From Macrostomum lignano (taxonomy: Eukaryota), in assembly GCA_002269645.1 (NCBI GenBank), contig NIVC01002950.1, positions 64,919-128,918 on the forward strand: a DNA stretch of 64,000 bases, read 5' to 3'. The notes beneath the pieces were generated by a model. The model had not been told where the DNA came from. It did not search any database and saw only the letters and a list, made by a program, of their open reading frames with translations. Shown here one piece after another: positions 47,719 to 60,377 of this stretch (positions are counted from its first letter, which is position 1; the number at the start of each line of letters is the position of its first letter). Made by a program: the position numbers and the translations under genes.

Positions 47719-48850
47719 CAGTTATAAAATAATCACCTATTTAAATATAAAATATTAATTGGGAAATCGTTAAAATAACTAGAAAGGCCATAGGATATCT
47801 GATATCTTAGTCTAATCTTTAGGCCAATATCTTGGTACGACTCTAATCTCGTTTATGAAATAGTGGTTAAATATTTATTTATGAATCTAATCAAGTCAAA
47901 TCTATTTCATCGGCTGTCTAGGCCGCATCGCATATGAAGTCGTAATTAACAACTAGGATTTATAAAAAAAGAGCTGGTAAGAAACTTACCTACGTGAGTT
48001 TTTAATAAAAGCGTTTCAACACGTAAACTATAGCTGGCTTTATTTTACCTTACAAAAGAAGAAGCATTTCTTTTGTAGCCCTGCGATTTTCTCATCCAAT
48101 CGCAGGCAATTTTGAACTTGTCGCCTGCTTATTGGCTCGAAAAAGCACTCGATCAGTACACTAGTTTATTGTTACTAACTTATTCTAACACCTTTGAGCA
48201 AGGCTTATAAATTATAAATTAAATTATAAATATAAATAAATATTCAAAGAAGGATTGTGGCCACTGTGATGCAATGTCTTGGGAGACGTCGTTTCACGAC
48301 ACAGCGCTAGCGGCAATTCTGCCCATTCTTTGTTTTTCGTGTAAACCATGAAGTATACTAATACCAAAGTATTAATATGACAAGCAATATTTTCGCATTT
48401 CTACTGTCAGTAAACTGTTTCCGACACTTCTTGAGAGTTTGGTTTGGAAAAGTTACCAAAAGTATCTGTTGAGTACATTTATTTTAGTGTCTGAAATTAT
48501 AATTTACGAGCTAAAAGCAGCGAGAGGAGAAAATTTATAGATGTCGAATATTTAAAATAATAATTATTAAAGTAAAATATTAAATAATTCAATTTTGAAG
48601 CAAATATTAATGCTCCTAAATACAATATCTGTTTAAGAATATGCTGAAACACGCACACGTTTACTTTCGTAAGTGAAAGTAAATTCCTTCATCGAGTGTC
48701 ATTTAAAGTACACTTCCTAAGGAACCGTTTCCTTAGTTTCTGCTCCTCTGTTTAAATGTAGTACTATCAAGAACGCCATTGTCTGTGCCAGGGAAAATCT
48801 TAGACTATATTTGAAGGCCTATATTCTTGTTTATCAAAATCTCCAAGACT

Positions 48851-49436
48851 TTAAGCCGGCCGATCGACCGCCCGCTCACGGCCCCTCACCCGCTGTCGCA
48901 GGCAGGCCAAGTAGAGGAACTCGACAATCTCCACAAAGAAGGCCATGGTGAGCCCCAGATACAGCGAGCACAGGCCGCCAACACGACTCATCAAAGCTTC
49001 GAACGTGACCGTGAGCTTCTCTTCTCGTTTCAATGTGTCGAAACTTTTTCGCCGAACTACCACGTAGGCGTAGGTGTCCTCGGCTGAGTCGGTGAGAGTT
49101 GCCTGCTGCTGCCGCTCCTGCTGCTGGTACGAGACCGGCAGGCGGGTCAAGTTGTCCGCTCCCAGGTAGTCGAGAATATTGCGCAACAGGTGTCGCTTCT
49201 CCGACTCGTTGTTGACCTCGCGTAGCCGTTTCCAACTGTCGGACTGATGCAGCATCCAGTGCAGTTGGTAGCTGCTGGCCCGCCAGCGGGTGATTGACAG
49301 CTCCTGATCATAGCTGTACCGAGTGCAGCGCTTGCGACATTGGGAATCGTCTGCTACTGCTGCTGCTGCTGCTGCTGCTGCTGGCTGCGGCATCTTGGAC
49401 TGGTGCTCGCCAATCTCTTCCAGACAGCGCAAACGG
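48851..49436 (-). CDS. DEG/ENaC (amiloride-sensitive channel family) subunit, exon 4 (end of thumb, palm, TM2)
   Basis: CRKRCTRYSY...ITRW...LMSRVGGLCSLYLGLTMAFFVEIVEFLY matches the TM2 signature GGxxxLxxGxSxxxxxE. Acceptor ttcaag|C, phase 2. Confidence 0.92.
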
Positions 49437-49544
49437 CTTGAAAACAGAAATTTAAATTTTACGTGTTGCTTTATTTTATACTGCTTAGCACTGCTATCGT
49501 ACTGTAAGTAGACTATTCAACTAAAGCAAAGTTCTCTAAGTACT

Positions 49545-51200
49545 TGAAGTAGACAGCTCTAACCTACCTCAGTTCTGTAGGTAGACAGCTCTAACCTACA
49601 TCAGTTCTGTAAGTAGACAGCTCTAACCTACATCAGTTCTGTAAGTAGACAGTTCTAACCTACATCGGTTCTGTAAGTAGACAGTTCTAACCTACATCGG
49701 TTCTGTAAGTAGACAGTTCTAACCTACATCGGTTCTGTAAGTAGACAGCTCTACCCTACATCAGTTCTGTAAGTAGATAGTTCTAACCTACATCGGTTCT
49801 GTAAGTAGACAGTTCTAACCTACATCGGTTCTGTAAGTAGACAGCTCTAACCTACATCGGTTCTGTAAGTAGACAGCTCTAACCTACATCGGTTCTGTAA
49901 GTAGACAGCTCTAACCTACATCGGTTCTGTAAGTAGACAGCTCTAACCTACATCGGTTCTGTAAGTAGACAGCTCTAACCTACATCGGTTCTGTAAGTAG
50001 ACAGTTCTAACCTACATCGGTTCTGTAAGTAGACAGCTCTAACCTACATCGGTTCTGTAAGTAGACAGTTCTAACCTACATCGGTTCTGTAAGTAGACAG
50101 TTCTAACCTACATCGGTTCTGTAAGTAGACAGTTCTAACCTACATCGGTTCTGTAAGTAGACAGTTCTAACCTACATCGGTTCTGTAAGTAGACAGCTCT
50201 AACCTACATCGGTTCTGTAAGTAGACAGTTCTAACCTACATCGGTTCTGTAAGTAGACAGTTCTAACCTACATCGGTTCTGTAAGTAGACAGTTCTAACC
50301 TACATCGGTTCTGTAAGTAGACAGTTCTAACCTACATCGGTTCTGTAAGTAGACAGTTCTAACCTACATCGGTTCTGTAAGTAGACAGTTCTAACCTACA
50401 TCAGTTCTGTAAGTAGACAGTTCTAACCTACATCGGTTCTGTAAGTAGACAGTTCTAACCTACATCGGTTCTGTAAGTAGACAGTTCTAACCTACATCGG
50501 TTCTGTAAGTAGACAGCTCTAACCTACATCGGTTCTGTAAGTAGACAGCTCTAACCTACATCGGTTCTGTAAGTAGACAGCTCTAACCTACATCGGTTCT
50601 GTAAGTAGACAGCTCTAACCTACATCGGTTCTGTAAGTAGACAGCTCTAACCTACCTCAGTTCTGTAAGTAGACAGCTCTAACCTACATCGGTTCTGTAA
50701 GTAGACAGCTCTAACCTACATCGGTTCTGTAAGTAGACAGCTCTAACCTACCTCAGTTCTGTAAGTAGACAGCTCTAACCTACATCGGTTCTGTAAGTAG
50801 ACAGCTCTAACCTACATCGGTTCTGTAAGTAGACAGCTCTAACCTACATCGGTTCTGTAAGTAGACAGCTCTAACCTACATCGGTTCTGTAAGTAGACAG
50901 CTCTAACCTACCTCAGTTCTGTAAGTAGACAGCTCTAACCTACATCGGTTCTGTAAGTAGACAGCTCTACCCTACCTCAGTTCTGTAAGTAGACAGCTCT
51001 ACCCTACCTCAGTTCTGTAAGTAGACAGCTCTACCCTACCTCAGTTCTGTAAGTAGACAGCTCTACCCTACCTCAGTTCTGTAAGTAGACAGCTCTACCC
51101 TACATCGGTTCTGTAAGTAGACAGCTCTACCCTACCTCAGTTCTGTAAGTAGACAGCTCTACCCTACCTCAGTTCTGTAAGTAGACAGCTCTAACCTACG
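49545..51200. repeat. 32 bp minisatellite (TTCTGTAAGTAGACAGCTCTAACCTACATCGG), ~52 copies
   Basis: Direct reading; within channel intron 3. Confidence 0.98.
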
Positions 51201-51457
51201 ACGGTTACTTTCAAGTACACATTCTGTTTATTCAGCTGACTCTCCCACTGTACGCTGGCACACACCACAGATACTAAATACCTGTTTTTTCTGGAGGACA
51301 TTTTTAGTCAGAATATTATTCGACCGATTTTTACATGGATGGGATAGCGACTAAAATTGGCAATCACGAGTGCAATCTCCTTTTCACCATAGCTGTCCAT
51401 AATTGAAACAGTTTTAAAGAAACCTCTTGTTTTCAGCCTAAAGAAACCGGCGCTCAC

Positions 51458-51734
51458 CTCTCAATGATGGAGATATTGCTAGTGCGAAAGTCTCCGCAGT
51501 AAGGTATCTGGTTGCTGGGCAGCCCTGCCGGACGGGGAAACCTTGACAACAGGCATTGGCACTTGGCAATGAACAGTTTGTTCATGTGGGCCTCCTTGCA
51601 CGCCTGGTAGGAATAACGGTATCGATTTTGCAGGTCCTCGATCGCTGGTCTCCACCCGTCATGGCAACGGTCCATTGGTGAGTCCTGGGTCTCCTTCCAC
51701 AGCACCGTGTCGAATGCGATTTCCACCATTTTGC
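51458..51734 (-). CDS. DEG/ENaC subunit, exon 3 (Cys-rich thumb)
   Basis: GKMVEIAF...YRYSYQACKEAHMNKLFIAKCQCL...PYCG. Acceptor ttccag|GC (phase 1), donor AG|gtgag (phase 2). Confidence 0.9.
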
Positions 51735-51757
51735 CTGGAATGGTTTGGGATTTCATT

Positions 51758-52350
51758 AGCTGTGGGATTTCTGTAGCTATGGGATTTCTGTAACTGTGGG
51801 ATTTCTGTAGCTATGGATTTCTGTAACTGTGGGATTTCTGTAGCTTTGGGATTTCTGTAGCTGTGGGATTTCTGTAGCTGTGGGATTTCTGTAGCTATGG
51901 GATTTCTGTAACTGTGGGATTTCTGTAACTATGGGACTTCTGTAACTGTGGGATTTCTGTAGCTATGGATTTCTGTAACTGTGGGATTTCTGTAGCTGTG
52001 GATTTCTGTAGCTATGGGATTTCTGTAACTGTGGGATTTCTGTAGCTGTGGATTTCTGTAGCTATGGGATTTCTGTAACTGTGGGATTTCTGTAGCTGTG
52101 GGATTTCTGTAGCTGTGGGATTTCTGTAGCTGTGGGATTTCTTTAGCTATGGGATTTCTGTAGCTGTGGGATTTCTGTAGCTATGGGACTTCTGTAGCTG
52201 TGGGATTTCTGTAGCTATGGATTTCTGTAGCTGTGGGATTTCTGTAGCTATGGATTTCTGTAGCTGTGGGATTTCTGTAGCTATGGATTTCTGTAGCTGT
52301 GGGATCTCTGTATTTATGGATTTCTGTAGTTTTGGAATCTCTGTAGCTAT
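51758..52350. repeat. 16-17 bp minisatellite (TGTGGGATTTCTGTAGC) abutting the acceptor
   Basis: Direct reading; a degenerate last copy at 51744-51754 sits inside the acceptor region. Confidence 0.96.
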
Positions 52351-52794
52351 TGGATTTCTAATTGGGAAATTCGCATGAAGGAAGGTAGTATTTTGTGTTT
52401 AATATCCGTAGAAATTTTCGATCAAACAACGGCTCATTTTGCAGGCAGCCATATGAAAAACTAGCAATTGCAATTTTCATTACAATTTACGCTACTCCTT
52501 AATTGCTTGAAGCTGAAACCTCAATCAAGGTTTGATTGAGGAGTGGCAGTGGCACGGGGGTCTGACGCAGAAAGGCCAATTAAGTAAATTGAATGCAAAA
52601 TCGGCAGTGCAGTCTGCATCAATTTTTGGAATGGGATATTTATGGGAGAGCCTTCTGACAGCTCTAGATGCTTCAGTTAGCCATCACTGTGCTTCAGTCT
52701 TGTGCAAAATACCTTCTGCTTATTATTTATAGCTTTCAGATTTCCTGATTGAGGACTTACAATTGTCTAGTTTGATTTGAGAATCCAACTGCTC

Positions 52795-53015
52795 TCTGTG
52801 GGATCTTATTGTCATTTGTGAGATTCGTGTGGGATCTCACAATCCTATGAGAGATTAATGTGGGATCTCACAATCCTATGAGAAATTCGTGTGGGATCTC
52901 AAAATCCTATGAGAGATTCGTGTGGGATCTCACAATCCTATGAGAGATTCGTGTGGGATCTCAAAATCCTATGAGAGATTTGTGTGGGATCTCAAAATCC
53001 TATGAGAGGTTCATG
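52795..53015. repeat. 31 bp minisatellite (GTGTGGGATCTCACAATCCTATGAGAGATTC), ~6 copies
   Basis: Direct reading; shares TGTGGGAT with the 17 bp array. Confidence 0.88.
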
Positions 53016-53331
53016 TGGAGTTTCTTGATTCTTTTTAGAGAGAGCCATGTGTGATACAAGATTTTCGGTTGGAATGTCTTAAAATATGTCCTTGGCTAAA
53101 TTCTCATTGCTCTCCACGTGTGATCTACATTTAGTTTTAGAATGGAGAAAATTCAAATACAATTGTAATTTGCATGAAAGCGAGATTAGCCCGAAGAAAC
53201 GGTCTTAGGGTATCTTTAGGGCAGTGGGTTGCTAGCTGATTCCGAGCGGAAAAGTCTTGCTCAAAGGCTGTGTCAAAAAACTGCGCTCATAGTTTTTGTT
53301 CCTCTAATAGTATTAGAAGTCTAATAGTCTA

Positions 53332-54440
53332 ATCTCCTTCTCAGGCTCCTTCTCATGCTCCTTCTTAGGCTCCTTCTCATGCTCCTTCTCATGCTCCTTC
53401 TCATGCTCCTTCCCAGGCTCCTTCTCAGGCTCCTTCCCAGGCTCCTTCTCATGCTCCTTCTTAGGCTCCTTCTCATGCTCCTTCTCATGCTCCTTCTCAT
53501 GCTCCTTCCCAGGCTCCTTCTCAGGCTCCTTCCCAGGCTCCTTCTCAGGTTCCTTCTCAGGCTCCTTCTCAGGCTCCTTCTCAGGCTCCTTCTCAGGCTC
53601 CTTCTCAGGCTCCTTCTCAGGCTCCTTCTCAGGTTCCTTCTCAGGCTCCTTCTCAGGCTCCTTCTCAGGCTCCTTCTCAGGCTCCTTCTCAGGCTCCTTC
53701 TCAGGCTCCTTCTCAGGCTCCTTCTCAGGCTCCTTCTCAGGCTCCTTCTCAGGCTCCTTCTCAGGCTCCTTCTCAGGCTCCTTCTCAGGCTCCTTCTCAG
53801 GTTCCTTCTCAGGTTCCTTCTCAGGCTCCTTCTCAGGCTCCTTCTCAGGCTCCTTCTCAGGCTCCTTCTCAGGCTCCTTCTCAGGCTCCTTCTCAGGCTC
53901 CTTCTCAGGTTCCTTCTCAGGCTCCTTCTCAGGTTCCTTCTCAGGCTCCTTCTCAGGTTCCTTCTCAGGCTTTTTCTCAGGCTCCTTCTCAGGCTCCTTC
54001 TCAGGCTCCTTCTCAGGTTCCTTCTCAGGCTCCTTCTCAGGTTCCTTCTCAGGCTCCTTCTCAGGCTCCTTCTCAGGCTCCTTCTCAGGCTCCTTCTCAG
54101 GCTCCTTCTCAGGCTCCTTCTCAGGCTCCTTCTCAGGCTCCTTCTCAGGCTCCTTCTCAGGCTCCTTCTCAGGCTCCTTCTCAGGTTCCTTCTCAGGCTC
54201 CTTCTCAGGCTCCTTCTCAGGTTCCTTCTCAGGCTCCTTCTCAGGTTCCTTCTCAGGCTTTTTCTCAGGCTCCTTCTCAGGTTCCTTCTCAGGTTCCTTC
54301 TCAGGCTCCTTCTCATGCTCCTTCTCATGCTCCTTTTCAGGTTCCTTTTCAGGTTCCTTTTCAGGCTCCTTCTCATGCTCTTTCTCATCATTCTCAGGCT
54401 ACTTCTCATGCTCTTTCTCATCATTTTCAGGCTACTTTTA
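53332..54440. repeat. 12 bp minisatellite (AGGCTCCTTCTC), ~90 copies
   Basis: Direct reading; source of the RRSL and LLLR ORFs. Confidence 0.98.
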
Positions 54441-54997
54441 ACTCCAGGCACGGTGTATGTAAATGTATGTAGAGTCTAAAAGTGCCAAAAGTCTTCTAAG
54501 TCAAAGAGACCACAGACTCAGTTCGTACTCGATCAAATATCAAGTGCGATATTGATTTCAGATTAAAGTGCAAATTCGATCAATTCTCAATTTCACGAAT
54601 TCGTCTGGATTGGGGTTTCTAAAAATACGGTAGGGTCAGTTAAACTCAATTTATGCTGCATGTGCATAATTCAGCTCTTTAACAGCACCCTAAATCGGTG
54701 TGAAGGTTTTCTCAACCAAGGACATAGTTAGCTATGAGCTTATTTTGTAGACTGGAAACTTTTTGTCGCTCTGTACATCCAGCCATTCGGTTTTATGCGT
54801 ATTTCATGGACGCAGCTAGACGCATTGATATACTCGTAGATAAGACAGCCAAGCAGACACCCACTAAATCTAAATCCTATGGGAATTAAATGGAATGAGA
54901 ACGCGTCCAAAACTTCGTGACTTCAAAACTTCGGAGAAAGAATGGGGATCTTACGTCAGTCTTCGAAGCCTCTATGAGGCTCTTCCATCGGATTCAC

Positions 54998-55379
54998 CTG
55001 GCTCAATATGCACTCCAGCATTCTCAATACCGGGATAGAGGTTCGCCTCGTGTAGCAGCAGGCGCAGCCCGTAGGCCTGGTCGAACACGTCCATCACGAA
55101 GGCCTGCTCCCAGGGGTGCTGTCGCGAGTTCGAACCCAGATTCACAATGAGATACACAGCCGACATTGCTTGCGACTTGTCCGCCTGCGTCGGCTTAACC
55201 GTGTAGCAGTTGAAGTACTTCGGGTGCGAGACCAGCTGAAAGGTTAGTTGGCATTCGCTGGCTTTGCCAACCATCACATAGTTGCCGATGGCGATCATGC
55301 AGTGAAGGAGGAACTCGTCCACACTGTGACCCATGGACACGGTCACGTTTGGGTCCAGATTCTGATAATAGGTGTTCAC
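54998..55379 (-). CDS. DEG/ENaC subunit, exon 2
   Basis: GHSVDEFLLHC...HPKYFNCYT...GLRLLLHEANLYP...GVHIEPG are family motifs (GHxxxxxxxxC, YGNCYT, GxRxxxH). Acceptor ttcgcag|GTG, donor G|gtgaa. Confidence 0.92.
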
Positions 55380-56004
55380 CTGCGAAAATGAAAATAATAT
55401 AAAAATATACTCCAGCTAAGCTCATGTTTATATAAAATATGTCGAAGGCATTACGTCAGGGTTCCTAGTCCTGCCATTATTATAATTGCTGTAATTGCTG
55501 TCTGAGGTTACACCAGGTCATGCAGCGTCTTTTTTAGAGGCTTTCCGACACAAATAATAAATAAAGGTAGTGCTGATTGTTTCAATTAAAGAAAAGGTTT
55601 TGCTGGTGGTTGAAAACTGAAACAAGACAGTTTAAGTAGTTTCCTGGGTAGCAGTTGCCTCTGGGGGGGGGGGGGGGGCTCCAGTTGGCATTAAAAATTA
55701 AACAAGTCGGTTATAAAAGCAAGTTATAAAACAGAGATTTTAGCCGATAAATTTGTTAATTCTACAGATGCGTTCTACTGTGTACAAAACTGTCTCGGTT
55801 GTATTGTAACACAACTATATCTGTATGTCCGCAGACAGTCCGAGCTCTTGCCAAAATGCTCTCGATCTCTCTCTATCCTCTATAAACACTCGCCCTCATG
55901 CCGAAAATGTTTGATTGGTAGCTTTTTTAAACTAAAACTTTTTTCTCGCCTTATGGTAAGTCCTATTGTCATTCTGCAATAGCTATCGAGAACAAACACT
56001 TCTT

Positions 56005-56228
56005 TAAACACTACCAATCGTTGTGAAGCAGTCACAGAACATTGAAAAACACTACCAATCGTTGTGAAGCAGTCACAGAACATTGAAAAACACTACCAAT
56101 CGTTGTGAAGCAGTCACAGAACATTGAAAAACACTACCAATCGTTGTGAAGCAGTCACAGAACATTGAAAAACACTACCAATCGTTGTGAAGCAGTCACA
56201 GAACATTGAAAAACACTACCAATCGTTC
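56005..56228. repeat. 41 bp minisatellite (AAACACTACCAATCGTTGTGAAGCAGTCACAGAACATTGAA), ~5.5 copies
   Basis: Direct reading; starts ~60 nt inside the intron from the donor at 56289. Confidence 0.95.
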
Positions 56229-56288
56229 CGAAAAAGTCATATCTGAGCGTAAAATCTGCGACAGGCCACCCTTCATCCAAAACCGAAC

Positions 56289-56843
56289 CTTATCATAAAA
56301 CAGCAGCGTGTTGGCCAGTCGCAGGTTGCCGCTGAACAACAACTGTCTGGTCAGTTGTCTCAACCGCCGGTTGAAAGTCGCTGGTGCCAGTTGTCCATCG
56401 CACTGCTGCCACATTCTAGCCGCCCTAGGCGAGAACGGATAATGACTGCAGATTGTGATGGCGGGAAAGTCGCTGGGATCATTGCCTATGACTGACGTCT
56501 GCACTGACACGTCGTACTCTCGATAGTTCATCAGCACCCTAGTGGACGAGTACACTAACAGGATGAACATGGCCAGGACAAAGACTAGCCAGAGTATTCG
56601 AAGGAAAGTTGTGTCAGCTCGACAGATCTTTGGCACACCGCGCAGGCTGCTGCTGCTGCAGAACAGCTGCCGAATGTTGGCAGAAGGCTGAGGCACTGGC
56701 TTGGCCGGCAAGGATGAGTCGGCATTGAGGCGCGTCAGCTCGGGAACGCTGTTGTTTTTTGCCGATTCTTCAGAGCGCATGCTTTCGGGCAGAATCTTAA
56801 TAGGCGGCGTGCTTTGATGAATCTGACAGCTGAGTTGCAGCAT
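56289..56843 (-). CDS. DEG/ENaC subunit, exon 1 (N-terminus, TM1, FPAITIC)
   Basis: FCSSSSLRGVPKI...LRILWLVFVLAMFILLVY...DFPAITICSHYP. Donor AAG|gttcg. The four exons sum to 1800 nt = 599 aa plus stop. Confidence 0.92.
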
Positions 56844-58292
56844 CGATAGTTGGGAACCTATATGTAGCTATATATTTGGATAATTCCCGACCAATTGGAA
56901 TTCAGGGCTGATTACTCGTGGCTGGATTCGTCTGTGCAGCCTTGGGTAGGATTATTCATTTAGATTCTCATCTGGTATCGCGTTTATTTATGAAAAGAAA
57001 CAGAGTCATGCAATTAATCCTTCAAATCTCAGGAATGCAATTCTAAAGACATGTCTATATGAAAAAGCAAAAGCCAAAATTTGAGATAGGCATGAAGTAA
57101 TAAAGCTTTCAGATAAGAGCCAGTATACGATAAATGGAGCTTGTGTCATTTAGTTAGTGTCTGGATTTCGTGGGTGCAAATTATTCGATTCCCCGATATC
57201 TAGTAGGTTCCTCCGCTTCATTCGAGTATCATTGAGCACTGCAAGCGAATCTCATTGGGACAATTTATGACATTCTCTTGGGTTTTATTAACAGCATATA
57301 GTATCCATATAAAATGATCATTAATATGTAATAAATATGAGCATGGGCTACTAATGCCATTGCCCACTGAGACACGGGTTTGCGGATATTCCGGCCAAGC
57401 ACGCATCTTTGAATATGATATGATACACTGTAGTGCAAATTAATTAATACGATCAAATAACCCGCATAGAAAATAATAGGTCACGATGCAGGGTCTGCAC
57501 GGAAAAAGTACAACTATTTTATGTGTCATTTTATTCATTTCATTTGAATTTTACGTAGCTACATATATTTGCAGCGAGAGTTCCAATCAAGCAAGAAATG
57601 ACCATCATTATGAAGATAATGAGGATAATGAATGAATGAAGATTATGAAGATATAAATGAAGATAATGAAGATAATAATGAATTCAAGCAAGAAATAATA
57701 ATGTTTTACTTGTACAGCTAAGATCGAAGCTCGAGTACGCATACATATAATTGTACCAGAATTAATATTTTGCATTACACGTAGAAAATCGTTGTTAGCG
57801 CGATAATTTTAACACTAAATGACCGAGTTTAAAGAATAAAATGTATGAAGCTTGTACGCAAGTACATGTAATTTATCTACGATTTCATGCCTTCTGACTA
57901 ATTAAGTGCACATGTTTATATATTCATGTACAAAATTGGCAAGAGAAACGCATTGTTGTGCATTGGTCTAATGTATAAACTGCAATAGTATTATATCGAC
58001 TATAGCATACTAAATTGACAAGTAAACAAAGAAAAGTTTTATAACCATAAAATGATTATTATAGGTTTTTATTATGTATCTTTACAAAATAATATATGCT
58101 ACTGCAAACTGAAGAATATATTTTAAATGTCCTGTCGGCAGGAAATCGTTATTTTTGTTTTACTTTTAAATCGCTAGTGGAAACGAAAGCAGATTGGATT
58201 TGAGTTCCTAGCGCAAAATGATTTATTGTAAAAAAACTGGAGTAACAGTAACCCAAGTTAGATTTTATTCCTGAGTTAATATGACTATCTAA

Positions 58293-58655
58293 ATGAGTAC
58301 AACAGCAGATTCATTTGGAGCTTTCGACCCGTCTCCGATTAGATCAAGGGTCAAGAGCCAAACTGAAAAGGATAAAATTTCTAGCTTGATTAAGAACGAA
58401 CATGTGGATCCGTTTTCAGAAGACGATGCAGAATTGTTGACACTAAATCGAAAGCCAGCATGCTTCTTAATAATTGGAAAGCCTGGTTCAGGAAAGACCA
58501 CTTTGGCTAAAAAGATTCGTGATGCTTTTAATTGTGAGCTCGTTAATCCAACAGAAATTCTTAATGGGATAATTCACACAGAGACTGAGCTCGGAGAAGA
58601 ACTTCGAAAAAAGCTGGAAGCAGGCGAGATTTTGAGCGATGAAGTTGTTTTTAAT
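58293..58655 (+). CDS. AK9: Adenylate kinase 9, exon 1 (first AK P-loop)
   Basis: DPFSEDDAE...KPACFLIIGKPGSGKTTLAKKI is the AK9-type N-terminus. Donor AAT|gtaag. Confidence 0.9.
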
Positions 58656-59661
58656 GTAAGAATTTTTCAGTGTTGAATATATATGCATATATTTTTTGCT
58701 TTTGTTTGTAGAAATTTGTAGAGCATAAATCACAGTAAAATATAGTTATTAAAGTTAGTAGACTAGAGGTTGCAAATGTGTAATAACTTCCATAAAAATT
58801 TTTAAGCATGTACTTCAGCTCTTTACTTTACCAGGTGTTTTACAGAAGGTTAAAGACATAGTATTTAGTTTTAGTTTTAAAATTTTCCATCAGTTTAATA
58901 TACACTTGCATTTGGCATATAGCTATATTATTTTGCAGTTGAAATGGTGCACAGTCAGCACAGAAGCTTCTTTTTCTTGTTGGGCTTTGATATTTACATA
59001 AAGTTGACAAAAATATTATCTAAACTGGTTTAATGGACCTTAAACTTTTATAATAGTAGTAATAGTAGGGCTAGATATATCAATATCGTATAACATTGTT
59101 CCTTGGAATGGGTACTCATAAATTTATAGCACACAAAGAGATGGACTTGAATTATCAGACGAAAATCTGATAATATGAAAATAATATTGTGACATTTCAT
59201 GTTTCTCTTATATTTCTTGAAAAAGTAAACAAAAAGATGGTACTAATTTCTGAAGCCTGTTGATATTTTATTATATTTTGCTTTTCTAAAAGGTAAATAT
59301 TCTGCACTTTTGAACTAAGCTAGTCTACAGAAAAAAATTTAATACAACAATACTAATCTGAATTTAATTTCTATGACTTTTGCTTAAGCATTCAGGCGGA
59401 CATTAACGAAAGCTGGTAATTTACATGAACTGAAATTTTCTACAATGCGTTGATAAAATTTTCGTTTTATTTTCACTGCATTTTTATTGTATTTGGTCAC
59501 TGATCATTAAATGTGGTACAATTTTTTGCTTTTTACTTTTTAAATAATTATGGAGAAAAATTCACAAGGAGGCAGTTTCGCCACTTTCACAGTTAGTTTA
59601 CTACAGCTAATGTATCGACTTTAATTAATGTTGCATTTTTCAATTTCTTTCGCCAACTCAG

Positions 59662-60377
59662 CTGCTATTGGACAAACTGAAGTCGCCAGAGGTGCAGCAT
59701 CATGGCTATGTCCTGGATGGCCTGCCCTGCTCAAACGACAGCTTCATGCCGATGCAGAAGCAGCTGGATCTGCTCAAATCAATGTCCCTGTCGCCCGACT
59801 ACATCCTGCACCTGAAGCTGACTAACGAGGATCTTCAATCGCGACGGGTCACCGTCCGGATCGACTTCGAGGACGGCGCTCTCTACGGCAAGGAGTTTTA
59901 CGACCCGGACAAGCCGGAGAAGCAGCCTAAAGAGGAGAAACCTGAGCCAGACGCAGACGACGATGAGGAAGAAGAAGAAGAAGAGGAGCTCGAAGAGGAA
60001 GAAGAGCTGGAACTGCCAGGCAGCGCGGACTTCCCGCTTCTGGCACCGGAAGTGATCCAGCGACTGCTACGTCGGCCCGAGGACATGCCGCAGTCGGTGA
60101 CGGCCGGCATTGAGGACTACGTGGCGCGGTGCCAACGCCTGGTAGAGGACCTGATGTCCGATCACGATCAACAATGCGTTATCGAGCTCAACGCAACTCT
60201 GCTGCCGTCAGACATCTTCCGGCAGGTCCAGTTGAAGCTGCAGAGCCTCGGCGTTCAACCGGCGGTGACACCGATGCGCTTGTTTGAGGCTGGCAACGAG
60301 GAGGACCAGCCGCCCGAGGACATGGACACCGAGGAGCTCATGCGCATGCTGGGGCCCAAGAAGATGCCAGCGCCAAG
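59662..60377 (+). CDS. AK9: Adenylate kinase 9, exon 2
   Basis: LLLDKLKSPEVQHHGYVLDGLP...QRLLRRPED...IELNA. Acceptor ctcag|CTG, donor AG|gtgaa, phase 2. Confidence 0.9.

Noticed and set aside
33652-51200. CRISPR-like appearance of regular 32-52 bp repeats
   Set aside because: Units are head-to-tail with no unique spacers, there are no cas genes, and the context is eukaryotic and intronic.
52519-52541. Perfect 10 bp hairpin CCTCAATCAA-GGT-TTGATTGAGG and possible MITE end at ~52755
   Set aside because: Isolated and short, with no target-site duplication or second copy visible; compatible with chance in 64 kb.
53321-54479. RRSL protamine-like and LLLR ORFs
   Set aside because: Pure 12 bp repeat within DEG/ENaC intron 2.
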